This document shows, one piece after another, positions 38,569-48,012 of a stretch of 64,000 nt of DNA (position 1 is the stretch's first letter; each line of letters opens with the position of its first letter). Source of the DNA: a virus (Duplodnaviria; Caudoviricetes). Under the pieces are notes generated by a model. That model saw nothing but the letters and a program-made list of their open reading frames with translations, was not told the DNA's origin and did not search any database. A program made the translations under genes and the position numbers. Location of the stretch: positions 352,001 to 416,000 of the IMG/VR virus record IMGVR_UViG_3300027740_000003; one strand, given 5' to 3'.

Positions 38569-38695
38569 GGATATCAGTTATCTGAGCATAAGCCCTCGAT
38601 AACAATTCTCTTTTCTCTATTGATTCTTCGGAACCCATTTTACTTTTGCATTCCTCCGCTGCCTCTACTAGCATTTCCATCGTGAATCTTTTCAT
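38507..38695 (-). CDS. hypothetical small protein
   Basis: 62-aa ORF. Confidence 0.55.
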   Translation of the reverse strand: MKRFTMEMLVEAAEECKSKMGSEESIEKRELLSRAYAQITDILADELLGDINGMQELGRESK

Positions 38696-38709
38696 AAGAT
38701 TATGCCTTT

Positions 38710-39009
38710 TTATTCTATTATATCTTTTATCATCATGTCAACACACGTATAGTTGCAATATTCTGACCCATCTATATAATACCACGAATCATTAATCCAT
38801 TTATCCCGTGATAATTCATTAACCAATCCGCCATAAACAGTATCTATAAACGTTTTTAAATCTAAAACATAAATACATTTAATATTGCATTTATTACATT
38901 TATATACAATAAAACTTTTATAACTATAATCAATATAGAATTTATGATCTTTCTTTACTTCTTTTGGAATAATTACATTGGTTGTTTTATAATATCCTTT
39001 ATAACTCAT
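38710..39009 (-). CDS. IKDIIE-tail small protein (class B)
   Basis: KKDHKF...CNKC...YTCVDMMIKDIIE*; start re-set to ATGA-coupled MSYKG. Confidence 0.88.
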   Translation of the reverse strand: MSYKGYYKTTNVIIPKEVKKDHKFYIDYSYKSFIVYKCNKCNIKCIYVLDLKTFIDTVYGGLVNELSRDKWINDSWYYIDGSEYCNYTCVDMMIKDIIE

Positions 39010-39260
39010 TCTATAATATCCTTTATCATCATATCTACACACGTATAATTATTTATACTTTTACCATTATACATATACCACCACTGTTTTCCTTTGGAAG
39101 TTAAAGGTCTTAAAAAATCCTCAGCATTATCTAAAACAACTACACAAATTAGTTTGCATTTGCTACATACATAATACGTATAATATATTCCTTCAAAATG
39201 AAAATCAAAATTATGATCTTTCTTTGCCCCGTCCGGTAATGGAAATTTGTTCTCAGTCAT
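39006..39260 (-). CDS. IKDIIE-tail small protein (class B)
   Basis: KKDHNF...CSKC...YTCVDMMIKDIIE*. Confidence 0.88.
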   Translation of the reverse strand: MTENKFPLPDGAKKDHNFDFHFEGIYYTYYVCSKCKLICVVVLDNAEDFLRPLTSKGKQWWYMYNGKSINNYTCVDMMIKDIIE

Positions 39261-39727
39261 TCTATAATATCTTTTATAGCCAAATTATCTAATATTTCTT
39301 GTTCGTATTCTGTATTTATTAAATATTTAGCGCAAAAAACAACTATTTCTTCATCATATTTAGATTCATTTATAGCTAACATGCATAGTTCTTTGGACGG
39401 TTTTCTTATCCATATAATTGCTCTAGGATAGTTTTTAATAATTTCCATTTTGTATTCTTCAGAAAGGTTTGCCGTATCAACATTAGTTAATATGGATTCA
39501 TTTGTACTACCTATCGCATAAAGAATAACTTCAAGCGACGGTTCTTCTATATGAAATAGAGAATCTTCATCATTTTCCACTGCCACTTTTTGTAATCTAA
39601 TTGTTTGTTGTTCTTTAGGAAGAAAATAAATATTATAAGGGTTGTCTTTAATCATTGATAATATTTGTTTTTTATTTTTTGGATCATATTCTATCGTTTT
39701 AACAATAAGATCATTTAAAGATTTCAT
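39257..39727 (-). CDS. IKDIIE-tail protein with short helical repeats (class D, DUF4116-like)
   Basis: Repeats IKDNPYNIYFL / VENDEDSLFHIEEPSLEVILYAI / IKNYPRAIIWIRKPSKELCMLAI; ends LAIKDIIE*. Confidence 0.85.
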   Translation of the reverse strand: MKSLNDLIVKTIEYDPKNKKQILSMIKDNPYNIYFLPKEQQTIRLQKVAVENDEDSLFHIEEPSLEVILYAIGSTNESILTNVDTANLSEEYKMEIIKNYPRAIIWIRKPSKELCMLAINESKYDEEIVVFCAKYLINTEYEQEILDNLAIKDIIE

Positions 39728-39728
39728 T

Positions 39729-40493
39729 TCACAAATCCTTTATCACAACACGTTCCTTGCCAGGAGAAGCAATACAAGCAGTCATTGATTCCAATTCAAC
39801 ACAAGCTAATTTATCACTACCAGACATATCAATCATTAAATACTTCGGATGAACAAATATACCTTTATAATTATGTCCACATATTATTTTCTTTTCCCAC
39901 GAAACATTTTTCTTTCTATTTATTTGCATAAAATTCCACATGCTACGATCCCATAACAAAACATCATTTCCCTGCTCATCCAAAGGAATATTTGGATCAC
40001 ATCCGGCATGAACAAATATATACTTTTCCGTTTCATAAAACTGATATAATGCCTCTAGAAATTCAACATGTTTTTTAGGCATTATGCCTTTATAACGAGT
40101 AAGAGGAATTGCCATAGTTTCCTCTACAGATAACCCTATTTTTGTAGCATAGGATATAAGAGTATCTATTCCACCATTAGATAGCCATACTTGTTCCGGT
40201 CTAGGATCTCCTGGCAACCATAAAATTTTCATAATTCCTACAGAAACCATTAACATCCATTCATGATTTCCAGACAAACAAGTTATATTCGGTTGTTTGT
40301 CCAGTTCTGATAACGTCTCTATTACTTCGTAATTTCGTTGTCCACGGTCAATATAATCTCCAAGGAAAACCAATTCATCTTTGGGACGAAGAGGAATAAT
40401 TCGATCAAGGATTTTCTTCAAACATTGGTAATTTCCATGAATATCACCAATGACATATGTGTTCTTTTCTGCGGAAGGTCGCCATTTACTCAT
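39729..40493 (-). CDS. PPP-family metallophosphoesterase (lambda PP/ApaH-like)
   Basis: GDIHG, GDYIDRG, GNHE, FVHAG, CGH. Confidence 0.92.
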   Translation of the reverse strand: MSKWRPSAEKNTYVIGDIHGNYQCLKKILDRIIPLRPKDELVFLGDYIDRGQRNYEVIETLSELDKQPNITCLSGNHEWMLMVSVGIMKILWLPGDPRPEQVWLSNGGIDTLISYATKIGLSVEETMAIPLTRYKGIMPKKHVEFLEALYQFYETEKYIFVHAGCDPNIPLDEQGNDVLLWDRSMWNFMQINRKKNVSWEKKIICGHNYKGIFVHPKYLMIDMSGSDKLACVELESMTACIASPGKERVVIKDL

Positions 40494-40728
40494 TTACATC
40501 ACATGATATCATCTTTACAACAACTTTTCCAGATTTATATTCCACTGTTTCTCCCCGGTCTCTAATATAAAAAGGTATTGTACCGTCCCATGTAAAACCA
40601 AATATTGCTTCCTTTACCCATCTTTTAAGGATATTAACCATTCTTATATTTTTTCGTTTATTTTTAAACTTCTCCACCAAAGGAACCGTGATTTCAAAAA
40701 CAAATTTAATTTCACCATTGTTATTCAT
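40486..40728 (-). CDS. hypothetical protein
   Basis: 80-aa coupled ORF. Confidence 0.6.
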   Translation of the reverse strand: MNNNGEIKFVFEITVPLVEKFKNKRKNIRMVNILKRWVKEAIFGFTWDGTIPFYIRDRGETVEYKSGKVVVKMISCDVNE

Positions 40729-40988
40729 TATTGTATTTCTCCCAACTCTTCTAAACTTACCTCCGCCGTCAACTTTTTTTTCATTTCGTTGGAAATAATA
40801 TACTCTGCTTTAATACAACTATCTGTTTCCCATTCATTGTATTTAATTATTAATTTAGAACTAGGATAAGTTTCACTATATGTTGGTTCACCCCAATTAA
40901 ACATATCACACCTATCATAACATAATCCTGAAGAACAATATTTTTCTTTCATTTCAAATTGTCCCGATGTATTTTCATTATATTCCAA
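40728..40988 (-). CDS. hypothetical protein
   Basis: 86-aa coupled ORF. Confidence 0.6.
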   Translation of the reverse strand: MEYNENTSGQFEMKEKYCSSGLCYDRCDMFNWGEPTYSETYPSSKLIIKYNEWETDSCIKAEYIISNEMKKKLTAEVSLEELGEIQ

Positions 40989-41314
40989 ATATTGGTTTCG
41001 CCCCCACCCTCTAAAGGCTGTATAACAATAAGATTTCTAGCAACTTCCGAATAATTCAACCTTCTTCTTAACGGGGCAGCAAATAGCCCGGCTTTTACAC
41101 GATTCCTCAAAGAAACCGGTTTTATCTTATTTACCAAAATCCATTTAATTTTTCCTCTAGAATTTACTCTGGCTAACCCTGCCCTAACATCATCTAAATC
41201 TGCTGATTCAAAACAATATCTAACTAAAGATCTTTTAATCAAATTATCTTCATTAAATAATGATATAATTTTATCCGTTCCACCAAAACTGTTTACGAAA
41301 TCTATATTATTCAT
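40949..41314 (-). CDS. hypothetical protein
   Basis: 121-aa ORF. Confidence 0.6.
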   Translation of the reverse strand: MNNIDFVNSFGGTDKIISLFNEDNLIKRSLVRYCFESADLDDVRAGLARVNSRGKIKWILVNKIKPVSLRNRVKAGLFAAPLRRRLNYSEVARNLIVIQPLEGGGETNIWNIMKIHRDNLK

Positions 41315-41676
41315 CTTGTGCCTTTAATCCTGTCTATCCACGTCTCTAATACATTAATTATCTTTGCCGCGTTCTCAATACCTTTTTCATCTGGAGATAA
41401 TATAAATGAATTAGTATCATTTTTGTCATAATCATTTTCTTGATAAACGGACATGAATGCATATGAGTCGGCGTCAATAGATATTCCAATTGATCCGCCA
41501 TTGTCATCTTCACAATCTTCTAATAGTTCTAAACTCATCTTATTAATCTCCTTATATGCGTCATTTTTTTCCACAGCAAGGGCATTTTTGTCTTTCTTCC
41601 TGTAGGTGTTTTCCAAGTGGACAATCACAATATTTATATTCGCTCCACGAATAATCCGACGACATACTTCCGTCAT
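41311..41676 (-). CDS. hypothetical protein
   Basis: 121-aa ORF; true start uncertain. Confidence 0.55.
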   Translation of the reverse strand: MTEVCRRIIRGANINIVIVHLENTYRKKDKNALAVEKNDAYKEINKMSLELLEDCEDDNGGSIGISIDADSYAFMSVYQENDYDKNDTNSFILSPDEKGIENAAKIINVLETWIDRIKGTR

Positions 41677-41941
41677 TACTTTGACAATGATACTTTATCT
41701 GTCCTTCGCCTCCACACTTGTGGCATCCCTTAGGTGGGTCCGGCCACGGAGTAAAACTTTTACATTGCAGATTTTCGGCGCAGTCCCGACTTACAGCATT
41801 AGGCGCAGTACATCCCAACATCCACGACGGGGTGGATGTGTATCCTCTACTATATTAGCAAGTATAAGAACGCTCCCTAGCCAGCCTTTGCCTATCCTCG
41901 TAATTCATGGTGTTTTTCTTGGCGTCTTTATTTTCTGTCAT
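41561..41941 (-). pseudogene. Cys-rich ORF interrupted by one in-frame TAA (41855-41857)
   Basis: ATG 41941 with AGGGAG SD is in frame with track ORF 41561-41821 across a single TAA. Confidence 0.45.
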
Positions 41942-42105
41942 ATTACTCTCCCTAATGCTTTCCGGTTTTTCACAACCGGACAACGCAAAGTTTCTTTTAC
42001 TTTATCCGACATTTTTATACTACCCATTCTACAAATTACATTTCCACTCTCATCCACAGAATCCCATTTATCATATCCTAAAACCAACCCTGGATTATCA
42101 TACAT
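41938..42105 (-). CDS. truncated paralog of 42584-42871 (55 aa), missed by track
   Basis: MYDNPGLVLGYDKWDSVDESGNVICRMGSIKMSDK vs MFDNPGIVLGYDEWDSVDGNGKVICRKALCKMSEK. Confidence 0.7.
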   Translation of the reverse strand: MYDNPGLVLGYDKWDSVDESGNVICRMGSIKMSDKVKETLRCPVVKNRKALGRVI

Positions 42106-42183
42106 TACTGTCCTTGGTAGATACTAATCGCGCTACATCCATGAACCGTTTATCCCAGTTATCCACTTTCTCTACTTTTTCAT
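42098..42183 (-). pseudogene. remnant of dCMP-deaminase-like gene 5' end
   Basis: Frame reads VEKVDNWDKRFMDVARLVSTKD then stops; ATG 42183 is out of frame by one base in an A-run. Confidence 0.45.
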
Positions 42184-42225
42184 ACCTTCTTTTTTTTTAC
42201 TAGAGCGATGTACTACTTCCCGGCT

Positions 42226-42498
42226 TTAGAAGCCAGAATTGAACTCGTTTTCGCGGTGGACCCCACCCTCGCTGCCGGCGACGCCGCCACGACCACCACC
42301 ACTACCACTGGAACGGCATCGGTTACAACGCAAGGGGTAACCAAAGTCCCAGCTCTCGTTGAGGATGTGGTCATAGCACTCTGTTTCAAAGTATTGGCAC
42401 GCCGAAAACCGGCCGCGGCTTTTCAAGCCCGGGCAGTTACGGGGGCAGTGCTTGTCCCCCGGATTGCAAGGAATCTCAACACTGAGATTGATTTTCAT
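42226..42498 (-). CDS. hypothetical Cys-rich protein with Gly-rich tail
   Basis: 90-aa ORF; locally GC-rich. Confidence 0.55.
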   Translation of the reverse strand: MKINLSVEIPCNPGDKHCPRNCPGLKSRGRFSACQYFETECYDHILNESWDFGYPLRCNRCRSSGSGGGRGGVAGSEGGVHRENEFNSGF

Positions 42499-42587
42499 AT
42501 TACCATACCTTCGTGCGCTTCACGGTACCACTTCTCTTTCTTAAACTTTGGTTTCTTTTTCGGAGACTCTAATTCTGTTTCTGTCAT
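42495..42587 (-). CDS. 30-aa basic micro-ORF
   Basis: GGAG SD, MTETELESPKKKPKFKKEKWYREAHEGMVI*, ATGA overlaps at both ends. Confidence 0.5.
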   Translation of the reverse strand: MTETELESPKKKPKFKKEKWYREAHEGMVI

Positions 42588-42871
42588 CTTATTAATCTCC
42601 TTATATCTTTTCTTGTTAAAGGTTTCATATTCTTAATCTCATCATTATATTTTTCCGACATTTTACACAATGCCTTTCTACAAATAACTTTTCCATTCCC
42701 GTCTACAGAATCCCACTCATCATACCCTAAAACAATTCCAGGATTATCAAACATTATTGTTCTTGTTGGTGGCTCTAATTCTGCTTGTGTCAATCTTTTT
42801 TCATTAATCTTTTCCTTTTTCCATAATAAGGAAAATGCTAATAATAACTGTTTTTTAATCCATTGAATCAT
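42584..42871 (-). CDS. hypothetical protein
   Basis: 95-aa ORF with nearby paralog fragment. Confidence 0.7.
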   Translation of the reverse strand: MIQWIKKQLLLAFSLLWKKEKINEKRLTQAELEPPTRTIMFDNPGIVLGYDEWDSVDGNGKVICRKALCKMSEKYNDEIKNMKPLTRKDIRRLIR

Positions 42872-42980
42872 TTATTATAGCCTTCTGGTGGGTGATTTGT
42901 CATTAAAAAATATCCACATACATCTTTTTTACTTTCTTCTAAGCATATTTTGCCATAATAAAAGGATTAGAAATAATCCA

Positions 42981-43003
42981 ATTCGGGTTGGAACAACCCG
43001 AAT
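42981..43003. other. perfect hairpin, possible terminator/processing site
   Basis: ATTCGGGTTG-GAA-CAACCCGAAT in intergenic gap; weak U-tract. Confidence 0.4.
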
Positions 43004-43023
43004 CAAAATGCCTTGAGATTATA

Positions 43024-43251
43024 TCAAAAGGAAGCCCTAGCTTTTAAGTGAGGGCAGTTCACCCTATTTACTTCCACTGCACAGGTAGCAATCGTCTCTT
43101 CACATTTAAGAACATGATATGGTGCACAATCTGGAATACAGTTATTTAACTTATAATGTTCCTTTATAAATATTGCACATACAATTATTGTAGCTATTAA
43201 GCTGGCCAAAATAATAAAAGGCAAAATATTTTCAACAAATAATCTTTTCAT
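43024..43251 (-). CDS. hypothetical membrane-anchored Cys-rich protein
   Basis: N-terminal TM helix, 5 downstream Cys. Confidence 0.6.
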   Translation of the reverse strand: MKRLFVENILPFIILASLIATIIVCAIFIKEHYKLNNCIPDCAPYHVLKCEETIATCAVEVNRVNCPHLKARASF

Positions 43252-43466
43252 TGTTTTTCACTTTCTTTTATTGACTTTCTAAATCTATCAGCAAGTTCTT
43301 TAGCATAATCTGCCAAATGACCATTAGTAAATATTACTGAATCAGCTTTAATATCTGTTTCCAAAATTTTCATCAATCTCTCAACTTCACCCGCTGGAGC
43401 AGCGTCTCTTAAAAGATCATAAAAGAAATTTTGAATTGGATCATATTGGTATTGTTTCTTTTCCAT
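43248..43466 (-). CDS. hypothetical protein
   Basis: 72-aa ORF. Confidence 0.65.
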   Translation of the reverse strand: MEKKQYQYDPIQNFFYDLLRDAAPAGEVERLMKILETDIKADSVIFTNGHLADYAKELADRFRKSIKESEKQ

Positions 43467-43519
43467 ATCAGAACCTTTCTTCTACAGAGATTATTATATA
43501 AAAACAATATATTAACAGA

Positions 43520-43750
43520 TTATGGGGCCCATGTCCAAACCCAATCCTGAGGCCAATTATCATCCGCACTAATAAGTGCGCATTCTTCACACTCCAAAAT
43601 TATACTCCAGCCATTCTTTGTTTCAACATATCCCATCAGAGGAGAAAAATTACCATGTCCCAGCAAACTTGGCCTTAACACCACTATATTAGCCCTCTTA
43701 TTTATTAAGAGCCTTGGGTCTTCTCTTTTCCAAATATCCATCAGAACCAT
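43520..43750 (-). CDS. hypothetical protein
   Basis: 76-aa ORF. Confidence 0.6.
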   Translation of the reverse strand: MVLMDIWKREDPRLLINKRANIVVLRPSLLGHGNFSPLMGYVETKNGWSIILECEECALISADDNWPQDWVWTWAP

Positions 43751-44814
43751 TCTTCTCCAGGAATCATCATATTTGGTGCATAATTAAAATTCCTGCACAA
43801 ATGTGCAGGGTGGCTTACTGCTTTAAATAATATCGAAGCGATCTCAATTGGTTTGTCAATTTTCCATCTGTAAGAAACGGCTATATGGTTAAAAGAAGTA
43901 TGCAACATGGCTCCTGAGCATTCATCACCTAGTTTCCACAAACTAGCATGGCATATAATTGGCCGATCTGATATTGGTGCCGGCTCATACTTCTTCCTCT
44001 CCTCAGGTGGCAACAAAGCCAGTTTACCACGGTCAGGTACGTTCGCCAAGGGCACGGCAGAGAGGAACCATATTGCCCATGCTGGTTGCTCAGAAGGGTC
44101 CCTAAATGTCATTAAAACCTCATCAGAAGCCACATAGTATTTCCCATCCCCTAACCTTATTGAATACTTATCTGCTATCTTTACTACATCTGCATAAATA
44201 TCATCAGCATCTTTCAATATTGAAATCACTTTTCCGTCTTTTATGAATTTTTTCAAAGCTTCTTTCATCTTTGGCTCCAAATTAATCTTTTCTTTTTGAA
44301 TCTTATCATCTGTCATTCCATAAATCGCTTTTAACACATCTCTTTGTAATATATCTTCCACCGACGCATAAAAACAAAGAAGCTTAATATGTTGTTCCAA
44401 AGTAATGGCCGGGTCTATTCTATCATCGACAGAACACATCTTATATGCTTGTGCTGTGGCGGACAATATAGAAACCTGTCTATCCTCCTCTTCTTCTCCT
44501 AATTGCAAAGCCAACGCATCATTTTTTGATAAATGCCATTGTGGTTTAAATCTATTAAATAGTTTTTCGTTTAAGTGGCCAGCATGTTGATTAATAAGCA
44601 ATTCTAATTCTGGGAGAGTAAGATCTTCTGCATTATATATATTCTTTTCTTGAAGAATTGCCGGGCCGATGCTGAGGTATTTTTTTAACTCATCAGTAGA
44701 CATTTCTTCAAATTTGGCACCATTATCACTTCCTTCGGATTTTCCATATCCTTCGAAAGACTTATTCCCCCTTGCAATTGGAGTCATTGGCTTTAATATA
44801 TTACTTGTCGCCAT
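43741..44814 (-). CDS. hypothetical protein
   Basis: 357-aa ORF. Confidence 0.8.
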   Translation of the reverse strand: MATSNILKPMTPIARGNKSFEGYGKSEGSDNGAKFEEMSTDELKKYLSIGPAILQEKNIYNAEDLTLPELELLINQHAGHLNEKLFNRFKPQWHLSKNDALALQLGEEEEDRQVSILSATAQAYKMCSVDDRIDPAITLEQHIKLLCFYASVEDILQRDVLKAIYGMTDDKIQKEKINLEPKMKEALKKFIKDGKVISILKDADDIYADVVKIADKYSIRLGDGKYYVASDEVLMTFRDPSEQPAWAIWFLSAVPLANVPDRGKLALLPPEERKKYEPAPISDRPIICHASLWKLGDECSGAMLHTSFNHIAVSYRWKIDKPIEIASILFKAVSHPAHLCRNFNYAPNMMIPGEEWF

Positions 44815-45295
44815 AATAATCTTCTAGCTCTTTTTCAGCAATTTCTTTTTCTGTTTTAAAATACTCTTTTACTTTATTTATTATAACATCAGATATCCCA
44901 TATATAACAAATTTTTCTTGCCAATCCTTATCAGGTCTATCACCATAACTACTAGCTTCACCGACAGTAAGACAACAAGGATTAGAATAAACCTTAAATC
45001 CATCTATTTCCAGATATGGCCAAACTTCAACAGGGGAATCACCACAACAACCACAATCATGTCCAATTTCACATTTGTCCACCAATGAATTGACAGATTT
45101 AGAATACCACCTTTCTCTTTTCCACCGATTGGTATGTTTTTTAAGATCAGGATATAAAACTGCTAATTTTCTTAGCTCGGCCATTTTATTTAATATTAGC
45201 GACGCCTCTTTCTTTAATAATTCTATTTGATAATCTATACATAATAATCTTTCTTGTTCCGCTAAGAATTCATCTTGTTCTTCTTTAGTTCTCAT
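44801..45295 (-). CDS. hypothetical protein (CGCCG motif)
   Basis: 164-aa ORF. Confidence 0.7.
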   Translation of the reverse strand: MRTKEEQDEFLAEQERLLCIDYQIELLKKEASLILNKMAELRKLAVLYPDLKKHTNRWKRERWYSKSVNSLVDKCEIGHDCGCCGDSPVEVWPYLEIDGFKVYSNPCCLTVGEASSYGDRPDKDWQEKFVIYGISDVIINKVKEYFKTEKEIAEKELEDYYGDK

Positions 45296-46191
45296 AACAA
45301 ATTCCTGTTCTTTTCAATTATTTGTTGAATGTCTCTTAATGCCTGGACGGCCTTGTCTGGATTAACAATTGCATCGGAAAGAGATCCGTAATGTTCTTCA
45401 AGGCAGTTCAAAAGGAGTTGTTTTATAGCGCCTTCATCTGGAGAGTGGCGCAGGGTAGATTCTTCGTAAAGTTTATCTAGATACTTCTCTTTCTGGGAGA
45501 ACCATTCGTTTATATCTTCCATGGACTTTTCTCCTCGACGAACGGCTTTTAGAATTTCTCTATTTCTTTCGAGGTCAAGATCTCCTTCTAGAAGAATTTG
45601 CTCTGCTTGCATGGCCAGCCGCAGAACGTGATAGGCGAATTTTGTTTCTAGTCCGTACTTTTCTACGTTTGCCGCCCTCTTTGATCCGGGCTGATATCCT
45701 TCTATTTTCATTTTATGTAATTGTGAAAATGAGTATCCGATGTACTTTTGTTTCGCCCCCCGATGAAGGAACATCTTTCTTTTTTCTCTAATCATTTGTC
45801 CAATACGAGTAATATGCAATACGCATCTTTCTGGAACAAATAAAGAGTCAATCATGTTTGGATTATTCTCCATACATAATTGAAAGTATTTAACAATACT
45901 ATACACAGAACAATCATATTCTTTTCCTTTATCCGGATCTTTAATATGATGTTCTTGATATTGTTCAAATCTTTTTATTTGATTTCCGAATCCGGGAATT
46001 TCTCCACGAAGATGGGGAAAAATCATATCTTTTGGAGGGATACAGAATCCATAGATATCGATATCACTATCATTGGAAGAAACACCATAAGCCTCTGATC
46101 CCATAATGACTTCGTAATGAATATTAGAAGGAAGCCATTGTGGCGGATGAATAATCTGATTTTGAGCTAATCTTGATACTACACTTGGCAT
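45292..46191 (-). CDS. Pol-beta-superfamily nucleotidyltransferase (YcgL/RlaP-like)
   Basis: GSEAYGVSSNDSDIDIYG, ENNPNMIDSLF, KFAYHVLRL. Confidence 0.85.
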   Translation of the reverse strand: MPSVVSRLAQNQIIHPPQWLPSNIHYEVIMGSEAYGVSSNDSDIDIYGFCIPPKDMIFPHLRGEIPGFGNQIKRFEQYQEHHIKDPDKGKEYDCSVYSIVKYFQLCMENNPNMIDSLFVPERCVLHITRIGQMIREKRKMFLHRGAKQKYIGYSFSQLHKMKIEGYQPGSKRAANVEKYGLETKFAYHVLRLAMQAEQILLEGDLDLERNREILKAVRRGEKSMEDINEWFSQKEKYLDKLYEESTLRHSPDEGAIKQLLLNCLEEHYGSLSDAIVNPDKAVQALRDIQQIIEKNRNLL

Positions 46192-46202
46192 TTTATTATT
46201 CC

Positions 46203-46502
46203 TTATTCTATTATATCTTTTATCATTAACTCGTTTTTAGATAATACAAATATTTCTGCATCCTCAGAAAGTACCGCCAACATAATTTCTTCCGGAAAAT
46301 CTTCGTTAAAAGCTATATATATTTTATAACTATTATTAAAGTTTTGAGAGATATGTTCTTTAATACAATCTCTAATTTCAACTTCAAGACAGAAACTTTT
46401 AAATTTTGGCCAGTGAAGCCAACTCATTTTACCATTATTATAACTAATATAGAATCGTTCTCCAGATTTAATACATAAAGTTTTACACCCAACACATCCC
46501 AT
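46203..46502 (-). CDS. IKDIIE-tail small protein (class A)
   Basis: GCKTLCIKSGE...LSKNELMIKDIIE*. Confidence 0.88.
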   Translation of the reverse strand: MGCVGCKTLCIKSGERFYISYNNGKMSWLHWPKFKSFCLEVEIRDCIKEHISQNFNNSYKIYIAFNEDFPEEIMLAVLSEDAEIFVLSKNELMIKDIIE

Positions 46503-46786
46503 TATTCTATTATATCCTTAATTATCATCTCTTCTTTGGAAAGAATTTTAACACAATTTATATATTGTTCTTCAATAAAATAACCTAGAAATAAACAATC
46601 TTGAAAAAAACAAACTAATGAATAAAAATCTTCTTTTTTAGAATTAAAATCATTAAACCAATATCCGCATGTGGAAAAATCAACTTTGTTTACATCGTCT
46701 CCTGTTTTATACAGCTTTTTTATATTAGATAAGTATACTCCCTCTCCTTCTTTCAAAATAATAACTTTATGTCCTATACAAGGCAT
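46502..46786 (-). CDS. IKDIIE-tail small protein (class A)
   Basis: GHKVIILKEGE...LSKEEMIIKDIIE*. Confidence 0.88.
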   Translation of the reverse strand: MPCIGHKVIILKEGEGVYLSNIKKLYKTGDDVNKVDFSTCGYWFNDFNSKKEDFYSLVCFFQDCLFLGYFIEEQYINCVKILSKEEMIIKDIIE

Positions 46787-47154
46787 TATTCTATTATATC
46801 CTTAATTATCATTTCATCTTCTGACAATATTTTATATCTTGTATCAGACCATTCTGATACAACAAACATTGAATATGCCCCATCTTCCCAATTTACAATA
46901 ACCATTTTAGGATCCAAACAATTCAATTTTGCAATTTCCTCAAATACACATAACATAGTTTCATAATACCAATTATACGAAACGCTATTAGTATATATTT
47001 TATTAGGATAAAATATATCGTTTTTCGTAATAGTTCCACCGACTTTGTTTTTAATATTTAAAAATTTACACATCCCCGACATTGATAAATCAAACATAAT
47101 ATCATTATGATTAAGATCAAAAACAACCTCCCATTGAGATTCCTTCTTGGCCAT
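46786..47154 (-). CDS. IKDIIE-tail small protein (class A-like)
   Basis: MVIVNWEDG...LSEDEMIIKDIIE*. Confidence 0.88.
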   Translation of the reverse strand: MAKKESQWEVVFDLNHNDIMFDLSMSGMCKFLNIKNKVGGTITKNDIFYPNKIYTNSVSYNWYYETMLCVFEEIAKLNCLDPKMVIVNWEDGAYSMFVVSEWSDTRYKILSEDEMIIKDIIE

Positions 47155-47432
47155 TATTCTATAATGTCCTTAATCATCATTTCATCTTCGGTAAGAATTA
47201 CTATTTTTTCCCAATCATATGCTATAATAAAATTGTAATAATTTTTCCACATAAAAGTATATATTATTGTAGGATCGGGCAAAGTTTGAAACCCTTTATA
47301 TATATCTTTATAATTCACATGTTGGTTATAACCAAGCCTTTTATTAAACAAACGTATATATTTTTTATTACCATGCACAATAAAACCTTCATCTCCATCA
47401 TTCATAATAACAGTTTTACAAGCAATAATCAT
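47154..47432 (-). CDS. IKDIIE-tail small protein (class A)
   Basis: ACKTVIMNDGDE...LTEDEMMIKDIIE*. Confidence 0.88.
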   Translation of the reverse strand: MIIACKTVIMNDGDEGFIVHGNKKYIRLFNKRLGYNQHVNYKDIYKGFQTLPDPTIIYTFMWKNYYNFIIAYDWEKIVILTEDEMMIKDIIE

Positions 47433-47712
47433 TCAATGATGTCCTTTATCATTATTTCGTCTTCAGTAAGAATTTGAATCATTTCTATTTGATTTGGTTT
47501 TAAAAAACCACAAGTATAACAGCCATCATCATAAAAAATTATATACGACATCACTTCTTCGTCTTTATTTAAACCCCATTAATCCATTGAGTATAGTGCT
47601 TAAAAACATCTTCTAAAAATGGGGATTTATTAAGCCATCCATTGCCTAAATAACCACTACAACGTGCTAGCTTTCCTCCTTTAACATAAAATGTTTTATG
47701 ACCAACCAACAT
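47429..47712 (-). pseudogene. frameshifted IKDIIE-tail gene, recent duplicate of 48464-48748
   Basis: MLVGHKTFYVKGGKLARCSGYLGNGWLNKSPFLEDVFKHY then 1-nt loss in T-run (A3 at 47571-47573 vs A4 at 48606-48609); other frame continues ...QILTEDEIMIKDIIE*. Confidence 0.85.
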
Positions 47713-48011
47713 TATTCAATGATGTCCTTTATCATTAAATCATCTTCGGTAAGAATTATATATTTTAAATATTTAGAGTGTACCACCAATAAATAAGAAC
47801 CTTCTTCCCAAAACACATTTAAAAATATTAAACTCAGATTATATAACTCTCTACTATGAATCCAAATTTTATTTTCTCGGAAAAATTTTGAATCACCCTC
47901 TCTAATTTCATGTGGATTTTTAACGATTGACGGTTCGTCTGAAGGAAGACTACGATCAATAAATAAACACTGATCGTCTTTTAAAACAATTGTTTTAAAC
48001 TCAAAATCCAT
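47712..48011 (-). CDS. IKDIIE-tail small protein (class A)
   Basis: MDFEFKTIVLKDD...LTEDDLMIKDIIE*. Confidence 0.88.
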   Translation of the reverse strand: MDFEFKTIVLKDDQCLFIDRSLPSDEPSIVKNPHEIREGDSKFFRENKIWIHSRELYNLSLIFLNVFWEEGSYLLVVHSKYLKYIILTEDDLMIKDIIE

Positions 48012-48012
48012 A

